The notes beneath the pieces were generated by a model, which was not told where the DNA came from, searched no databases, and was given only the letters and a program-made list of their open reading frames with translations. From contig NC_087437.1 of NCBI RefSeq assembly GCF_036321535.1, forward strand, positions 49,168,001 through 49,232,000: DNA of 64,000 bases, read 5' to 3'. The DNA is from Camelus dromedarius (Eukaryota). Both the position numbers and the translations under genes were made by a program. Shown in pieces: positions 61,098 to 64,000 of this stretch. How positions within the stretch are numbered: the stretch's first letter is position 1; the number at the start of each line of letters is the position of its first letter.

Positions 61098-64000
61098 TCT
61101 TTCCACACTATAATGCTGACTCTTACAAGTAGCAAATGTGTATGTTCCTCCTAGAAAGCATTTATTCTCACAATGATTACAAAATCTGCTCTCTTATTAA
61201 CCATCCTGTGCTTAATACCATTCTGGTAGTGTCAGAGTATAATTTTCCTACTTTACCAAATGTAAGCAATAAAGGAAAATACTCTTATATTTATCTTTCA
61301 GCTTAAAGAATGCAGTGTGCAAATTATGAATTCTAAAGTGTAGGTTAAAAGTATCAGCAGAGCCAATCTCATTGTTTCTAACATACTCCTAGCACATATA
61401 ACACATGTGTCTTATAACTAGGAAGATGGCTTTTTTTCATATAATAAACTCTTGAAAAAGAGATTTGGCCACTTTCCATTGTGAAACTTCACTTTGAGGA
61501 TACAGATTACTATTTAAATCCTCAAATTCACATGCTCACAAGTAAAGAACTTGAAAAGATTTCTAATTAAAAAAAAAAAAAGTGTACATTGTCACATGAC
61601 CATCCAAGAAATCCTCATGCTTTCAATCGTAATTTGTCTAGTTTAAAAGAGGGAAAAGAACAAAATAAAATGTCATCTCTAGGTTATGTATTTCATTGCA
61701 TTAAGGACTGGAATGACCTAAAACATGTGACGACTTGTTTAGGTCTCCATAAGGAAAATAAAATAACAGGAAGAAAAACCATGTGAATTTCAAGCAGAGG
61801 TACTTTTTCTAATCAAAGTTATTCAGATATTTTCTTTACTTTCTTCTTCACTGTTGTGTAAACATAATATGCTTTTAAAAATTTGTTTAGAAAATTTCAT
61901 GAAAACCATTCACTTTATATATCATATTCTTTTAAAGAGTATAAAGGGTATTTTTTTGCAAGGAAAAATACGTCAAATAGGACAATGCTAAAAGTCAATA
62001 TTTTTGATAGGTTCATGTAGTATTTTATTTACGTAAAGTGAAAATATATAAATAATACCTTTTTTATTTTTCTGGGATAATATTCAATTATAGAAATATG
62101 TTAAAGTTTGGGGGGTCTTTAGCTAGATTTTATTTCTAAATTCTAAAACATGAAATAACATATAATATATTATAATCAAATTGGAATTCTGGGCACATCT
62201 AATACATAGATCATTTGGTAGAAAATAAATTTTTTTACCTTTACCCAGAAAGGGGAAAGAGCATTAATTTAAATTTTAGAAATGGGTTAATTTGGATAAT
62301 TATAGGTGTCTTTGGTGTTCATATGTTGTGGCTTACTTGAAAAGTATATGAATATTTGGGTTTAAATGTGGAAATTTTATGTACAAGTATCCTTAGAAAA
62401 TCTGACTAAAAAAAAGAAAAAGAATATGTTTAAAATTGAGAAGACAATAGAGATGACATAACATTGTATTTTAAGAAACGCACATTTTAAAATAATTCAG
62501 AGATGCTATATTATGAAAAGTACTCCAGCATTTTGGGGCATTTTTACTGTTTAAGTAAACATATTCAATTTTAAAAATATATAATTATATGTGGCTATCA
62601 GAGTAGTCTTGTGTCATGAAATATATAGGAATTCAAGTCATTATGTACTTTAAAATATCCTAATGATAATAATAAAAAATTTTGAAATCACATCAGATTT
62701 AATTAATTATAAATTATTATACAACACGGAAAGAAGTTATAAAGTCACAGAGTGCTAGCAAAAACTGTTTTAAAAAAAAGAAACCCCAGCATATGTAATG
62801 CAAAAGTAAATACTCCTAGTAGTGGAGTTAAACATTTTATATTATACTGGTTTGTGATTCAGTATCAGCCTATGCAGTTTAGGGATGGTGCAATAAGTAA
62901 AAATGTTATGGCAAAAATATAAAACTTCCAATCTAATACCATAAAAATAACCATTTGACACTTTATAATTTTGTAAAGAATGGGACAAAAAAATACCACT
63001 TCTGGTTACAAAATAAAAAAGTCTAATAAATATACCTTTGCATGGCTGACTTTGAAGTCCTTCCCTGTAAATGGGCAATGCATTTTGCATTTTTTTGGTC
63101 ATTTTCCCCAACTGCCTTTCAGTTTTAACAATCTGAGTTTAGTTCCCTAAGAAAGAAGCCCCTCTTTCTCATTAGTCACATCTAAGAGGTTAGAGAGTAT
63201 GTTTAAACAGATATATTTTCTTTTCGTCTAACCTTGTCTGGAAGATATAGGAAAACTAATTTGCCTTATTTACATATGGCACAATCTATCCAGTATTCAA
63301 GGGTTTGTCAGAAACAGGAACCTTGTGCATTTCCATGGTAACCGATGGCATGCTGACAGTATCTGGCTTGTTGCAGCTTCGTCTAGGCAGGCCGGCAATT
63401 AATCAGCCATCTACATGCACAAAATTCTTTGTGAGTGAATGGCAGCGCGCCTCTGTAGTGCTGTCTGTGCTTTTACAATTTTGTATTCCTGCCGGGCAAA
63501 GTACTTTTTTGTCTCTTCTATTCATTTTCCAAAGCTCCCCAAAATGTGCTAGAAAAGAGTGTGAGGGGGTGGGGGAAAGGGGAACACATCTACCTGTAAT
63601 TTCAAAATGACATTATTCCTTCCTAGCATCAAATACGGCAGGGTGTGTTTCTTCCTTTTATCCCATGCCTCATAGTGGGTTTGCCTTTAATTTTTTTTTC
63701 CTGAATTTTCTTAGGTTCGTGCTAGATAGTCCCTTAATCTGTGTCTCAAGGTCTTTTATTGTTGATGCAAATCGGGCATACCTACTGAAGCAGGTCTGTG
63801 CATAAATCATGGCTGGGCCTGTGTCATACTGTGGGGAGCCTTGAAGTCCTCTTACTTTCCTTATGCATTCTTGTCCTCTCAGTTACGTGGACTGGACATT
63901 ATTCCCATTTTTCAGGCTGGGATGCAGAGCAGTTAAAAGAGTCAGCCAGCTTCCCACGGCAAGTTTGGGATGGAACGTTTCAGCGCTTTTGCCACTGGGC

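Noticed and set aside
1..64000. Prokaryotic-type systems (CRISPR arrays, operons, defence islands)
   Set aside because: The sequence is mammalian repeat-rich DNA with no regularly spaced repeats and no gene-dense ORFs.

Overview
AT-rich, CpG-poor mammalian nuclear DNA, most likely camelid (alpaca/camel). The assignment rests on two tRNA-Ala(AGC)-derived Vic-1-type SINEs, several cetartiodactyl-type young L1 3' ends, and no recognisable Alu, BovB, CHR-2 or PRE-1. I found no recognisable protein-coding gene, intact tRNA, rRNA or CRISPR array. Every ORF in the track that I could identify is a decayed L1 ORF2 or CR1 fragment, or an antisense artefact. Roughly half the window is interspersed repeat (L1, L2, MIR, CR1, HAL1, MaLR/ERVL/ERV1 LTRs, hAT and Tigger MITEs), often nested. 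The remainder is repeat-poor unique sequence (about 0.9-2.7, 35-39.3, 47-48.5 and 54.3-64 kb) that looks like a large intron or gene desert with candidate conserved non-coding elements. The most unusual structures are: (1) an ERV1/MER41-like LTR fragment inserted as an L1-type retrocopy (U3-R, poly(A) tail, 9-bp TSD) at 28985-29340; (2) a 28-nt segment apparently copied from HAL1 into a MaLR LTR 868 bp away; (3) a three-layer L1>LTR>L1 nest inside a near full-length ancient L1; (4) a two-LTR MaLR provirus; and (5) a few strong orphan splice-site pairs. I cannot support a wholly new biological system from the sequence alone. Repeat family names come from remembered consensus sequences, not a database search, and most boundaries are approximate.
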